Part shown: one piece after another, positions 1-16,624 of the stretch
How positions within the stretch are numbered: position 1 is the first letter of the stretch
How the letters are laid out: every line of letters begins with the position of its first letter
NCBI RefSeq assembly: GCF_009914755.1
Contig: NC_060930.1
From: the human T2T-CHM13v2.0 reference genome, Homo sapiens
Strand: one strand, 5' to 3'
DNA: 64,000 bases
Notes under the pieces: model-generated
Seen by the model: only the letters and a program-made list of their open reading frames with translations
Databases searched by the model: none
Told to the model about the DNA's origin: nothing
Program-made: the position numbers and the translations under genes

Positions 1-259
1 TCATCTCTGTAGTAGAATGAATGTTGTCATGCAGTATTTGTATAATAAACGTTTGTGGAACTACATTTATTGCTAGCCATAGGAAAAGATATTTCACTTA
101 GGAAAAGTACTGTACAAAATGGCTGGAGGGATGGGGGACACAACTATGTTTGTGAAAAGAATGCTAACTCAGGGAGACAGCTGGCATTTTGGCAGAGTGA
201 GAGGTGAAGCTGGCAATGTCAGCTCCTGATCATTTATATCTTCTCTGATGTTCCTGTCT

Positions 260-650
260 GCCAAGAAATAGAATCCAGCTAAATGCCCATCAGTGAATGA
301 ATGAAGAAAATGAGGCATATATGCACAGTGGAATAATATTTAGCATTTAAAAGAAGGAAATCTTATCATTCGCATCAATATGAATGAACCTGAAGGACAT
401 TATGCTAAAAGAAATAAGCCAGGCACACAAAGACAAATGCCACATGATCTCATTTATATGTGGAATCTAAAAATGTTAAACTCATAAAGGGTAGAATGGT
501 GGCTACCAAGCATTTAGAGTACTAGAAAGTTAGGGAGATGTTAGTCAAAGGAAACAAAATTTTACTTAGGAGAAATAAGTTCAAGAGATCTATTTATAAA
601 ACATGGTGACTATGTTTTATAGCAAGGTGCTATTTTCTTGAAAATTTCAA
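260..650 (+). mobile_element. L1MA-family 3' end fragment
   Basis: Old L1 3' UTR motifs: 'ggacattatgctaaaagaaataagccaggcacacaaagacaaatgccacatgatctcatttatatgtggaatctaaaaa' and 'aataagttcaagagatct'. Confidence 0.85.
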
Positions 651-777
651 CAACAAAATTAAAAAAAATTGAGTGAGCCATACACCTGCTTTACTTAGAA
701 AAAACATGTCAATTTTTTATATATACTGTATACTGAAGATTTTGTTAAGAGGGTAGATTTCATGTTATGTGGTCATA

Positions 778-3700
778 TTTTAAGTAAATATAAAGGGTAC
801 TAATGCAATTTTCTTACACGGATATGTTGCATAGTGGTGAAGTTTGGGCTTTTAGTGTATCCATCACCTAAATAATGTACACTGTACCGATTAAGTAATG
901 TCTCATTGTATTAGTCCATTCTCACACTTCTATAAAGAACTTCCTGAGACTAAGTAGTTTATGAAGAAAGGAGGTTTAATTGACTCACAGTTCTGCAGGA
1001 TGTACAGGAACACAGCTGGAAGGCCTCAGGAAACTTAATCATGGCAGAAGGCAAAGGAGAATCAAGCATGTCTTACCATGGTGGAGCAGGAGAGAAAGAG
1101 TGAAGGGGGAAGTTCTACACACTTTTAAACAACTCATTCACTGTCATGAGAAGAGCAAGGTAGAAGTCTGCCCCTATGATTTAATCACCTTCCACCAGGC
1201 CCCTCTTCCAACACATTGGGAATGCAGTTCGACATTAGATTTGGGTGGGGACACAGAGCCAAACCATATCATTCTGCCCCCTGGCCCTTCCCAAATCTCA
1301 TGTCCTTCTCACGTTTCAAAACACAACCATGCCTTCCCAACATTCCCCCAAAGTCTTAACTCATTCCAGCATTAACTTAAAAGCCCAAGTCCAAAGCCAT
1401 ATCTAAGACAAGTCCCTTCTGCATATAACCCTGTAAAATCAAAAACAAGTTAGTTGCTTCCACGATATAACTAACTTGTACAGGGTTACAGGCATTGGGT
1501 AATGCTCCTGGTTCCAAAAGGGAGAAATTAGCAAAAACAAAGGGGATATAGGCCCCATGCAAGACTAAATCCCAGCTGGACAGTCATTAAATCTTAACAC
1601 TCCAAAATAATCTCCTTTGACTCCATGTCTCACATCCAGAGCATACTGATGCAAGTGGTGGGCTAACAAAGCCATGGGCAGCTCCACTCCCATGGCTCCA
1701 CAGGGTACAGCCCCCATGGCTGCTTTCACAGGCTGGTGTTGAGTGCCTGTGGCTTTTCCAGGTTCATGGTGCAAGCTGTCGATGGATCTACCATTCTAAG
1801 GTCTGGATGACAGTGGCCCTCTTCTTGAAGCTCCACTAAGAAGTGCCCCAGTGGGGACTCTGTGTGGGGGCTCCAACCCCACATTTCCCCTCCAAACTAC
1901 CCAAATGGAGGTTCTCTGTGAGGGCTCCACCCCTGCAGTAGACTTCTGTCTGGACATCCAGATCTTTCCATACATCCTCTGAAATCTAGGCTGAGGCTCC
2001 CAAACCTCAACTCTTGTCTTCTGCACACCTGCAGGCCAAACACCACATGGAAGCCACCAAGGCTTGGAGCTTGCCCCCTCTGAAGCAATGGCCTGAGCTG
2101 TACCCTTGGCCCTTTTTAGCCATGGCTGGCTCTGGAGTGGCTGGGACTCAGGGAACCATGTGCCAAGGCTGCACAGAGCAACTGGGCCCTGAGCCTGGCC
2201 CACAAAACCATTTTTCCATCCTAGACCTCTGGGTCTGTGGTGAGAGGGGCTTCCATTAAGGTTTCTGAAATACTTTGGAGGCATTTTCCCCATTGTCTTG
2301 GCTATTAACATTCAGCTCTTCTTTACTAAAGCAAATTTCTACAGCCTTGAATTCCTCCTCAAAAATGGGTTTTTCTTTTCTACCTCATGGTCAGGATACA
2401 AGTTTTCCAAACTTTTATGATCTGCTTCCCTTTTAAATTTAAGTTCTAGTTCAGTTAATTTGTTTATGTAAATGAGTCAGGCTTTTAGAAGCAGCCAGGC
2501 CAAATCTTGAATGTGTTGCACCAGATACCTTCAATTATCCCTATCAAGTTCAAAGTTCCACAGATCCCTAGAGCAGGGGCACAGTACCACCAGTCTTTTT
2601 GCTAAAGAACAGCAAGAGTGACCTTTACACAAATTTCCAATAAGTTCCTCATCTCCATCTGAGACCTCCTCAACCTGGACTTCATTGTCCATATCACTAT
2701 CAGCATTTTGGTCAAAACCATTCAACAAGTCTCTAGAAGTTCCAAACTTTCCCTAATCTTTCTCTACCTTCTGAGCCCTCCAAACTGTTCCACCCTCTGC
2801 CCATTACCCAGTTCCAAAGTCAATTCCACATTTTCACGTATCTTCATAGCAATACCGCCCTTCTCTGGTACCAATTTTTTTTTATTAGTTCATTCTCACC
2901 ACTGCTGTAAAGAACTTATTGAGACTGAGTAATTTATAAAGAAACGAAGTTTAATCAACTCACAGTTCTGCAAGCTGTAGAGGAAGCATAACTAGGAGGC
3001 CTCAGGAAACTTACAATCATGGCAGAAGGTGAAGGGGAAGCAAGCATGTCTTACCATGATGGAGCAGGAGACAGAAAGTGAAGGAAGAAGCACTATACAC
3101 TTTTAAACAAACAGATCTCGTGAGAGCTCATTCACTATCACAAGAAGTGCAAGGGGGAAGCCGCCCCCATGATTCAATCCCCTCCCACCAGGCCTCTCCT
3201 CCAACATGTGGGGATTAAATTTGACATGAGATTTGGGTGGGGTCACAGAGCCAAACCATATCACTCATCACCACCCCCTTCCCACCTGCCCCACACTTCC
3301 CAGTCTCCAATTTCAATCATTCCACACTCTATGTCTATGTGTACATATTACTTAGTTTACACTTATAAGTGAGAACATGTGGTATTTGTCTTTTTGTTTC
3401 CAAGTTCTTCCACTTAAAATAACAGCCTCCAGTACCATCCATGTTGCTGCAAAAAAACACGATTTTATTCTTATTTATGAATTGTATTCAATTGAGTTTA
3501 TATATACATTTTCTTTATCCAATTATCCATTGATGGACACTTTGGTTGATTCTAGATCTTGGCTATTGTGAGTAGTTCTGCAATAAACACAGGAGTGCAG
3601 ATCCCTCTTTGATATACTGATTTTCTTTCTTTTGAATATATACCTAGTAGCGGGATTGCTGGATTGAATGGTAGTTCTATCTCTAGTTCTTTGAGAAATA

Positions 3701-4060
3701 TCCATATTGTGTTCCATAGGGATTGTACTATTTTTCATTCTCAATAACACTGTATAAGTGTTCTCTTTTGTCCACACCCTCACTAACATCTGCTATTTTT
3801 TTTGTCTTTTCAATAATATCCATTCTCACTGGTATAAGACGGTATATCATTGTGGTTTTAATTTGCATTTCTCCGATAATTGATGTTGAGCATTTTTTCA
3901 TATGCTTGTTGGCCATTTGTATGTCTTCTTTTGAAAATATCTATTCATGTCTCTTGCCCACTTTTTAATGGGGTTGTTAAGTTCTTTGTAAATTATTTAT
4001 ATTAGCCCCTCTCAGATGAACACTTTACATTTTCTCCCATTCTGCTGGTTGTCTGCTTGA
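778..4060 (-). mobile_element. L1MA-family 3' portion, split by the MST element at 907-3263
   Basis: L1 3' UTR reverse complement ('gtacactgtaccgattaagtaatgtctcat') resumes after 3263. ORF2 C-terminal relic '[23 protein letters not shown]' at 3728-3916(-). Confidence 0.85.
907..3263 (-). mobile_element. Complete MaLR element (MSTA-like): LTR 907-1271, internal 1272-2880, LTR 2881-3263
   Basis: Both LTRs run 't(g/t)tattagt...ccaaaccatatca'. Typical MST/THE1 internal sequence between them. Perfect 5-bp TSD CTCAT at 902-906 and 3264-3268. Confidence 0.93.
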
Positions 4061-5240
4061 TCATGTCTTTACCACAATAAAAAATAAAGAATCAAGTTTT
4101 ATTTTATGCTTTTATAATCTGTGTCTGAGGATGTTGTTTCCATTCATATTATATAAAACTGTTTTCTTCTGTAATGGCTTTATGTTGATTTTCAAGCTAA
4201 GCAAAAATTTTCAATATATACATAGTGTTTCTTAATATTATAACCAAAATCTAAAATATTAACCAGTTTACTGTTCAAAATAATCTAATCATCAAAATGA
4301 CACATATTTTATATTTAGATTATTTTAGCTGATTATTTTCAGGGTTTTTGTTTAAAAACACACTTTTTTATAGTGGAAACTTTCAATACTTTAAAAAGCC
4401 ATGGAACTAGAGGCAGAAAATAACTAAGTCTGATTCTTAAATAGCTGACTTGGCTAACTGGTTCATAATTTCAATTACCTAATTAAAATTGATCCATCTT
4501 AGATGTGCTGCTAATTATTGGCAAAAATGAAAAATGTCTTCATCTATTTCCCAGATTTATTCCCAGATTTATTAATCCCAGTCCAGGATTTGAGTATAAA
4601 ATACCCTTTCTTAGTCTCACCCAAGCAAGTTATAAATAGACTCCACATAATTATATATCTGAGAACATGTAGTATAATTCATATTAAGGTAGAATTTTGG
4701 GAATCCTGGTAAATATAATGTATTTTATCAAAATCTCATGTCATTACTTGGGAGTGCTAAATGAGTTTAAAGGCAGGATGGTTTGCCTGATCCTCTTCCC
4801 CTAAATGAAAAACCAAGAGACTGCTTTCCCAGCACGGTCCCACACACCTGGACTGGTGGAGAAATGCATCTCTCTCCCGAGGTTGTGGATTGCCAAAACC
4901 AATGGGGCATGAAAGGCATGAGTCAGGTCAGGAACATCTAGAAAGCTAAGAAAGAATACAACTTGCTCTATAAACAAGAAAAACAATTACAATTATCATT
5001 TGGGTTCAACTAATCCCTTCGCTGCTCATCTGTCCTCAAAGTGCCAGAATCCATATTTTATGCATCTTTGAAAACCAAGCTCCAACTCTGGTCCTCAAAT
5101 ATAGATGTTTAATGCATGTTTACTGAATTATCAATTAAATAGATTTAGCTTGGGTATATATAAAGACCAAAGAAATGGATTATATACATTTATAATTAAG
5201 CATGTAGAGATAAATATACATAGGTTTAGCTTTATAAAAC

Positions 5241-5300
5241 TATAAATACACTATATACACACATACATATGTGTGTGTATGTATATATAGTGTATTTATA
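5241..5300. repeat. AT-rich imperfect palindrome (60 bp)
   Basis: tataaatacactatata (5241-5257) is the exact reverse complement of 5284-5300. Inner (CA)/(TG) arms around catatg. Confidence 0.85.
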
Positions 5301-6284
5301 TATCTATCCCATTTTAGTCTATACTGTTACAGCATATTCTGAGCATGAATGTTGATGCTTCTATGGCTGAGCTGTTGGCTATTGTTCCCTTTTTGCTATT
5401 GCAAACTTATGTGATGAAAAAAATTCCAGCAGTGTAAACATTGTCCAATAAAAACCATGATACTCCCTCTGCTTCTCCAGCTGACTTCTCTACAACCACT
5501 GCCTTATTCTTCAAATTCTGGTATTAACAAATTGCAACTACCTGCATACTCTATGCTAATTTTACATCTCCTTGGCTTTTGTACAGCACTTGTTTGCTGA
5601 ATCACTCTTTCAACCATAACTCAGCTGGCCCACTCCTATTTGTCCTTCAACTATAACCCCAAAGTCCTTTTTCTGAACACAATTATTTTTATCTTAAACT
5701 CACTTATAAGTTATCATGCCTTCATTATTTTTCTGTGTAATTCTAGTATTGTCTAGTTAGATACATTAGATAGGTCAAGTTTACTACAGAGCTAGAGATT
5801 GATATAATGATATATGGTAGGTTAGGAAGAGTGACATAAATTGATATATATTGACGTATATCAGACTGCATATTTTTTCTAAATTTCATCTATGGAATTT
5901 TCATTGATTTAAAATAAACCTACAAATCCTGCATCCTTTAACTTGTATACTTATAGCTATATAGCCATACAATTCTATAATGTATAACTAGGACTTTAGA
6001 TTTTTAAATTATTCCTTATTTCTTGATGGTTAGAGCCAGTGGTGAAATTTCCAAGTGTTAGAAAGTTACTTCCATGGGGAATGAAGTCTGACCTTTTAGT
6101 TTATCATTCTGTATCTTGCAGATAGCAGATCACTTCATTTTTTAATCTCACTGAAAACTCCACTGATATGCTCTTTACCTACACTTTTGGGGGAATATCC
6201 AGCATACAATAGGTTCTACATAATTGTTGAATGATTAACTGAATAGAATATTTATTGAGTGCTTCCATGTATTAGTTTGTCAAA

Positions 6285-6620
6285 TGAGAACATAGTTGTT
6301 ACAAGCTTGGATTTTGGAGTCAGATAGATCAGGATTCCATTCGTGGCTTTACAACTTACTATCCAAGTGTTCTCAAAAATTACTTTACTTTCCTCTCCTG
6401 TTAAGTGAGGAAAATATCTTCAATAAGATTATCTAAGATTGTATTAGACAAAATAAGAAAAGCTTTTAGCATGATAACAAGTAGATTTTTGAATGAATGA
6501 ATCCCCAGGGAAGTCCTACGAAAGGTGGGTGGTATAGAGAAGCAAGGAAACTGAGGCTCAGAGATGTTGAGCAAGTTATAAAGAAAATAAGCAGCAAAGC
6601 TAGGATCCAAATCAAGTTCA
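6285..6620. mobile_element. Two MIR fragments (+ ~6285-6400; - ~6530-6620)
   Basis: 'ttttggagtcagatagatcaggattcc' and 'aaggaaactgaggctcagagatgttgagcaa' match MIR core motifs. Confidence 0.7.
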
Positions 6621-7769
6621 GTATGTTTGCAATGTCAAGGAAGTTTCTATTATTTCTGCAAGAAACATTAGTGGCATTTTCCACTCCAGAGTTTCTTTAA
6701 AGGACATATGCTGGTGAACTCCAGTTATTTGTCAACTCTGTCTCCCTAGAAATCTCTTTAGATTAGAGTTATCATCATCCTTTGGCATTTCAAACCCTGC
6801 ACAACATGTTTATAATTGGATGGTCTGAAAAATGATCCTGCATAAACCAGCCACTAACATCTTTGAACTTCCTCTGTCATTTCCTATGCAGAATTCCTCT
6901 TAAGTGCCTCATACACAGTTTGATGTGCCCTCTTTTAAAGTAGATATGCACTGATCCTATCAGTGTCTAAACTACCACCTGACTGTAAAGTAGCCCTTTT
7001 AAAATCTATTCTTTCATTGTTTTATCCATGTCACTGTTAGAATAGATGCCACATTTTTATCTAATTGGTTTTAATACCTTTTTAGCTTGATTGTAAAATT
7101 CTCATAAGTGGGAACAATTTCATCATCTTTTTATATGTAGTATTTACCATGATGCTTGATGTATAGTTGATGCTTATAAAATATCTAAATCAATACCACT
7201 ATAATAATCTATAATAATTATGGTTTTATTATTCTATATGAATAATGTAAGGGGTAATAATTCTATTTTTATGATGCTGTCAATTTTATATTCTCACCTA
7301 GAAGGTTTGTTGTCCCATCTTATGGAAACATTAAAAATTCCCAAGCAGTTGTTGCAGAAATTGTTTGAAGTTTGAGCCATATTTTCTTTAGCAAGTAAAG
7401 TGATAAGAACAGACTATCTGTATTTATGTGAATTCCCAATCATTATAAAACACACTTCTTTGTCAAGAATGTCTCTTTTGGAACTCCCAGTCTTTAAAGA
7501 ATGGGAAAAAGGGGCATCAGGATGCATAGGAGACATGTACTCATGGAGAGAGAGCCAAAGGTCTCCCAGCAGTTTTTGGGAATGGCTGTGGATAGGACTG
7601 TTGTAAAATAAACATTGCAACATTTCTTGAATATCCTGTCTGATGTTCCCGAGACAATTTTGATCCATTTATCACAAATCTATTTTTTCTGTCACTTCTG
7701 ATTGTCTGAAGAATAACTTCCTTAATTTTATGAAGATGTGCCACAGAATATCTTTTTTTTTTTTAAGCA

Positions 7770-8066
7770 AAAAGAAATACCATATGATCTCACTGGTATG
7801 TGGAATCTAAAAAAGTTGATCTCACAGAAGTAGAGAGCAGAACTGTGGTTACCAGAGATTTGGCAAAGCAGAAGGGAGGGTGGGGAGTTGGGGAGATGTT
7901 GATCAAAGGATACACAATTCTGACAGGATAAATAAATTCAAGAGATCTGTTTTATACCTGGGTAACTATAGTTAATGATGATACATGGTATTCTTGAAAA
8001 ATGCAAAGAAAGTGGACATTGAGTGCTTTCACCACAAAAACTAACTGTATGAGGTAATGCATTTGT
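7770..8066 (+). mobile_element. L1MA 3' end fragment
   Basis: 'atgatctcactggtatgtggaatctaaaaaagttgatctcacagaagtagagagcagaa...gaggtaatgcatttgtt'. Confidence 0.85.
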
Positions 8067-11000
8067 TGTAGGACCCAATGTACCTAAATGTCTTCCCCAG
8101 TAGACTCAAACTGTATTGATTAAATATTTCCTTTAGTCTTTCTGGATTATAGCCTCCAAAAAGGCAGGGCACACTCTGTCTTGTTCACCACTATGCCTGG
8201 CATATTTAGCACTCATGTGACTGCACTAATACAGGAAAAAGACACCCTGTCTCTCCCATTCTCCAATGTTTTAATTTTTTAAGTGGAAACTTGGATTATT
8301 TTGATAATGCACAGTATTAATGGGAAAATGGGTATGAGGTGGGTTTTTTGCTTAGACTGTCTCATGAATGTTGTTGCTTTATACATGTAGCAGAACCAGG
8401 TTTTGTGCCCTTTCACACATTTGTTCTGCCCCACCTTCCCCCAGCCCAGTGGAACAATCAGTTTACTATTCTCTCTCCCCTGCATCCTTTCAATTTCTCT
8501 CCATCCTTGCTCCTGGAGAATAGATGGTCTTTATGTATAAGAATACCTCAAAACTATCCTATGGAAAGGACCAATATTAGTAAGAAAATAGTCTAGTTAG
8601 TTTATAGATGTTCCACTCTGAAGAATTTAAAGTTTACAGTATCTGGACATTCTTAGAGATAAATGAGATTTGGCTAGAGGAGGACAGAACATAAGTGGAA
8701 AGAGAGATTAAAAAAAGAAGAAAGGTGAGAAATAAATGTGAGGGCTTCCAGTGCTCACCCCCATGAAATGAAACTTACTTTGACAGGTGACCTTGAAGGG
8801 ACATATATGAATCATTATACTAGTCTTTACTCTCCATGTATTTCTAAATAGCTGCATACATGTTTGGGTCCATCTGGGAATGGACTGAATCAATAACTTT
8901 TTCCAATTATTGCAGATAGACAGATTCAGCCCAATTTTACCCATGTAATCTATGGATCAGGTGTTATATTTTCCCACAACAGCTAATTGGAGGGGTGAAA
9001 TCAAGATTTAAACATAAGTTCTGTATGAAATCAAGTTTTCATTATTTTTTCTATGTATCTTGATGTAAGTTTTATTTAGAAGACAGGAGAAGGGCAGAAG
9101 CTAGAGAAAAAGGGAGATAAAATTGAAGCAGGGAGACGAAAAACATGTAAGAGCTAATTTAAACTTTTTCCAAAAGAACAGATCCGGGTTCAAAGTTAAG
9201 AGTTTTTGGGGGTAAAGAAGAAGCAACTGGTAGAGAACCAAAAATCAGATTGAAATCTAGCACTCTAAAAGAGAGGAGATAACACCACATTGAAAAGATG
9301 CTAAAGGCAAACTTTTCTTTTAAATTTTCCCTGAAGTCCAAGCTGTCCCTTAGTCCCTCTTCTGTGACCAATAGAAGCTATCCCATTGAGCTTAGACTGA
9401 GCTTAGCTGGCTCCTCTCAGCTACTTCCCTTGACTTTGCCTAAGGGAAAGTTTCCAGCAAGATAGCTGTAACTTCCACCCAACAGCAGTGGTGTACTTTA
9501 TACAAGTGTGATTGAGGGAAACCCTTCAGAGCAGTAAAGAACTCAGCAATTAAACTGGTTTGTGATAATAAAATCTCTGTGTATATGGCACTGTTTCCAA
9601 ATTCATACATTATTTAAGCCTTTCTGAGCTTCTGTTCAAGACAGCAAGTTTAGTCTGTCCTTTTTCAATTGTATTTATTTTAGTGTCTTCCTATTTAAGA
9701 GGCTTACAGAGTCTTGGGCAATCTATAAGCAATAAAAAACACCTTCCAGTCATGGTGAAAATGACAAGGCAAACAAATAATGTATACAAATCCAAAATAA
9801 ATAAATAAATAAATAATAATAAAAAAAAGCTACTCCCAAAAAGTGAGTTAGTTTTTGCCCTCCTAGAAAAAAAACTTTTGAAGTTCAGAGTGGTGTACTC
9901 AATATTAAAGGACTTTCAGGTACCTGTATTGTAGAGATCCCTTTCTTGTTTTTAAATGGAACTTTCAAAATCTGGGACTTCTAATATCAGTCATTCATTT
10001 AAAAAACATTCAATATTTATTGAATGTTTGCAGTGTGACATCAGCAGGTTGAAGGATTTGGCAGACAAAATAAACAAGATAAAGAGAGGTATAGATGAGT
10101 AAGAGGCAAGAGATAATTCAAAATCACCATTAAAATAGAGTCACCTTAACTCCCTGGGTAGTTTATGAATGTTTTGTGCACTGCGAGATATGGGAAGAAC
10201 TCACTTCCTCTTAGGTGGGAGTCTAGTAAGCAGCCATTACAGATTTCTACCAGTTACCCACCCCTTATTACTACTTGTCTAGGTCCTTACCAAATGCAAA
10301 TATAAATGGCACCATTTTGTACTGATCTAGTGAACCTATGCGACGTAAGCAAAAATGCTTGGAATCAGTTTATGTAGAATGAGTAATTTCCCAGAGAAAA
10401 TAAAGAAGGAAAAAGAAAAGAATAAAAAAGAAAACATACACGCATCAAACTTTAATTCCTCAAAAGCAAAGATACTAATGTAAAAAAAATGATTTTTAAT
10501 CAGCTGAAGGAAGTAAATCTAACTTCTACTTCATATTAACTCATAGTTCCTGGAATCTACTTAGCTGTAACCTATACTGCATCTAATAGTTGTTCTTAAG
10601 TGAAAAACTAACAATGGATTTTTATAATAAGAACTATAACCTTTGAATAATTAAGTTAAAAATCAGAAGAGTTTTTGCTAGATACTATCATCATAATCCA
10701 AACAGCTATTTATTTTTGTAAATCAGTATGTGCCAATGGTTGTTACAAAATAAAATACTATTGATTAGCCTCTAATAGACAATATTAAGTACTCCCATGT
10801 GGACAAGCTAAATAAAATCTGGCCTTGAGCCCCATGGTTCATTGTTGGTAGCTGAAATTATGTAAGTGAGTGAGATGGCAGGGAGACTGTGCAGAACAAG
10901 AACAAAAATTTAGAGGAGAGAAGCATCTGTGACAAGGGTCAGGCAAACTGAAATCAATTGAAATTTGAGTAAATGGCATTGTTTGTAACTGATCAGTTAG

Positions 11001-12249
11001 CCCAAACGACATAAGCAAAATTATCTAGTGTATCCATTACTCCAGGATGAGTAGCTCCCTAAACTTTTAAATTCCCAAACCTTCTTCTACATCTAAAAAG
11101 AGTGTTATTTTGATCTCTTATATAGCAAGATTTATAGTAAAACAATGGTAATAGAAATATATACATAAGTAAGTTTCCACAATGTAGCTGAGGCACTTTG
11201 ATGTAAAACAAAATACATTCATTTTTTACTTTTTTTAAAAACTTTTTTTTCTCCTTAAATACCAAGCTTGTGGTTCTGCCATAAACTCTCCACTTTTCCC
11301 AGGATGGATGTTTTCTGCTTTTTATTCACTACTTATCAATGCTCAGACAGACTAAACCTAATGACTAAAACAGCCACAGGGAAAAAAACAAATCCAGGAA
11401 AGAAAAGCATTATTTTTACAAACAAGTGGTAAATCTTCTTGATGTGTAAGGAAAATATTTCTTCTATTTATTCTGTTTGGGAATAAACAGCAACTCTAAA
11501 ATTTTTCTTCTCCTTGATGTCTTTTTTTTTTTTTTTAAGTGGGGGAGAGAAGCCTTCACTCATTTCCAGGTTCACATTAGTGTGGACATTGACAAATTGA
11601 AAAACAAAATTCTAAACTCCCAATAAAACGAGTTTCTGCTCTTGTTACTTTTTTTGTACCATGTAACTTGTCTTTAACCTATACAATGTATGTCCATAAC
11701 TAAATCTGCTATCTTAATTTGTACACATCAACATGAAATCCATCCTGTGTAATTCTAACAATATGAAAGAATATGAGCATGACTAGAAAGGAATGCAGTC
11801 AGTTCTGTCCAAAAATCAATACAGGGTAGATGATTAGACCAAATGTCTTCTACAAGCCCTCTTCAGCTCTGTGCTGCTGATAGTCAGCACAAAATAACAT
11901 TGTACCAAACACTGGACACAGAGCCTCCAATTCCAACTAATATAAAACAAACAAACAAACAAAAAAACATTCCAAGGTGAGAGGCCACTTACTCCAGCTA
12001 CGCTGACTGACCACAAGCTGCTTAGGATCCTTTTCGATTTGTCTTCTAGGACCCAAAAAAAGGGGGTTCACAAGATGAGAAGTGTCTCTAGGAATGTGTG
12101 GGACACTGATAAGCTCAACAAATATGAGTCAGGTAACAAACCTATCTCCACTGAAGAGCCAGCTTGAAGAGCAAAATGTCAAATGATGAAAACTCCCCTC
12201 AAAAATAGCTTATGGTACTATGACTTAAAATTTCAGGAATGAGAAGTTT

Positions 12250-15004
<2,755 letters not shown>

Positions 15005-16624
15005 CCCCCAAACTCTTAACCTATTCCAGCATTAACCCAAAAAGTCCAAAGTCTCATCTGAGACAAGGCAAATCCCTTCCACCTATGAGCCTGTAAAATA
15101 ACAAACAAGTACTTGTTTACTTCCAAGACACAATGGGGATAAAAGCATTAAGTAGATACTCTTGTTCTAAAAGGGAGAAAACAGCCAAAAGTAAGGGTTG
15201 CAGGTCCTATGTAATTTTGAAACCCAGCAGGGCAGTTACTAAACCTTAAAGCTCCAAAATAATGTCTTTTGACTCCATGACCCACATACAGGGCACACTG
15301 GTGCAAGGAATGGGCTCCCAAGACCTTAGGCAGCTCTGCCCCTGTGGCATTGTGGGATGCAGTTCCTTTGGCTTCTCCCACAGATTGTTGCTGAATGTCT
15401 GCAGCTTTTCCAGGTGCAAGATGCAAGCTGCAGGTGAATCTACCTCAGGTCTGAAGGATGGCGGCCTCCTCACAGCTCCAATAGGCAGCGCTGCAGTGGG
15501 GACTCTGTGTGGGATTTCCAGCCCCATATTTCCCCTCTACACTGCCCTAATAGATTTTCTCTGTGAGTGCTCTGCCCCTGCAGCAGGCTTCTGCCTGGGC
15601 ACCCAGTCTTTTCCATACATCCTCTGAAATCTAGGCGAAAGCTGCCAAGAATCTACAACTCTTGCATTCTGTGCACTCAGAGGCTTAACACTACATGGAA
15701 GCCACCAAATGTTATGGTGGCTTGTGCTCTCTGGAGTAGTGGCATGTGCATTATCTTGGGCCCTTTGAGGCTAGGCTGGAGCCAGAGTGGCTGGGATGTG
15801 GGGAGCAGTGTCCCATGGCTGTGCAGCACAGCATGGCCCTGGGCCTGGCCCATAAAATCATTCTTCCCTCTTTGCCCTTTAGGCCTGTGATGGGAAGGGC
15901 CGCCACAAAGGTCTCTGAAATGCCTTAGAGGCATTTTCCCCATTATTATGTATATTAGCTCTTAGTTCACTTTTAATTGTGCAAATACCTCTAGCAAGTG
16001 GTCTCTCCACAGCCTGCCTGAATTCCTCTCCCAAAAAAGCTTCTTTCTCTGCCACATGGCTAAGCTGCAAATTTTCCAAACTTTTATGCTCTACTTCCCT
16101 TTTAAATATAAATTTCAAAATTAAGTTATTTCTTTGCTCCTGCACCTAAGCATAGGTTGTTAGAAGCAGCCAGGCCATATATTGAATGCTATGCTGCTTT
16201 GAAATTTCTTCCACCAGATACCCTAAATCATCAGCCTCATGCTCAAACTTCCACAGATCCATAGGGCATAAAGAGAATGCAGCCAATCTCTTTCCTAAGG
16301 CATATCACACCTAAATGACATTTGCTCCAGTTCCCACTAAGTTTCTCATTTCCATCTGAGACCTTGGCAACCCAGACTTCACTGTCCATATCACTATCAG
16401 CATTTTGGTCACAACCATTTACTCAGTCTCTAAGAAGTTTCAAACTTTCCCTCATCAAGAACTATATTCTTCTGAGCCCTCCAAACCGTTCCAACCTCTG
16501 CCCATTACACAGTTCCAAAACTACTTACACATTTTCAGGTATCTGTTCTAGCAATGCCCTCCTCCTCAGTACCAATTGTCTGTGTTAAGCAATTCTTGCA
16601 TTGCTATAAAGAAATATCTCAGGC

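Noticed and set aside
980-2932. Long ORFs (131 aa, 171 aa and others; also 15148-16588)
   Set aside because: They lie in MST LTR or internal sequence and are fragmented MaLR relics, not host genes.
4548-4582. ttcccagattta tandem duplication
   Set aside because: Ordinary 12-bp slippage duplication.
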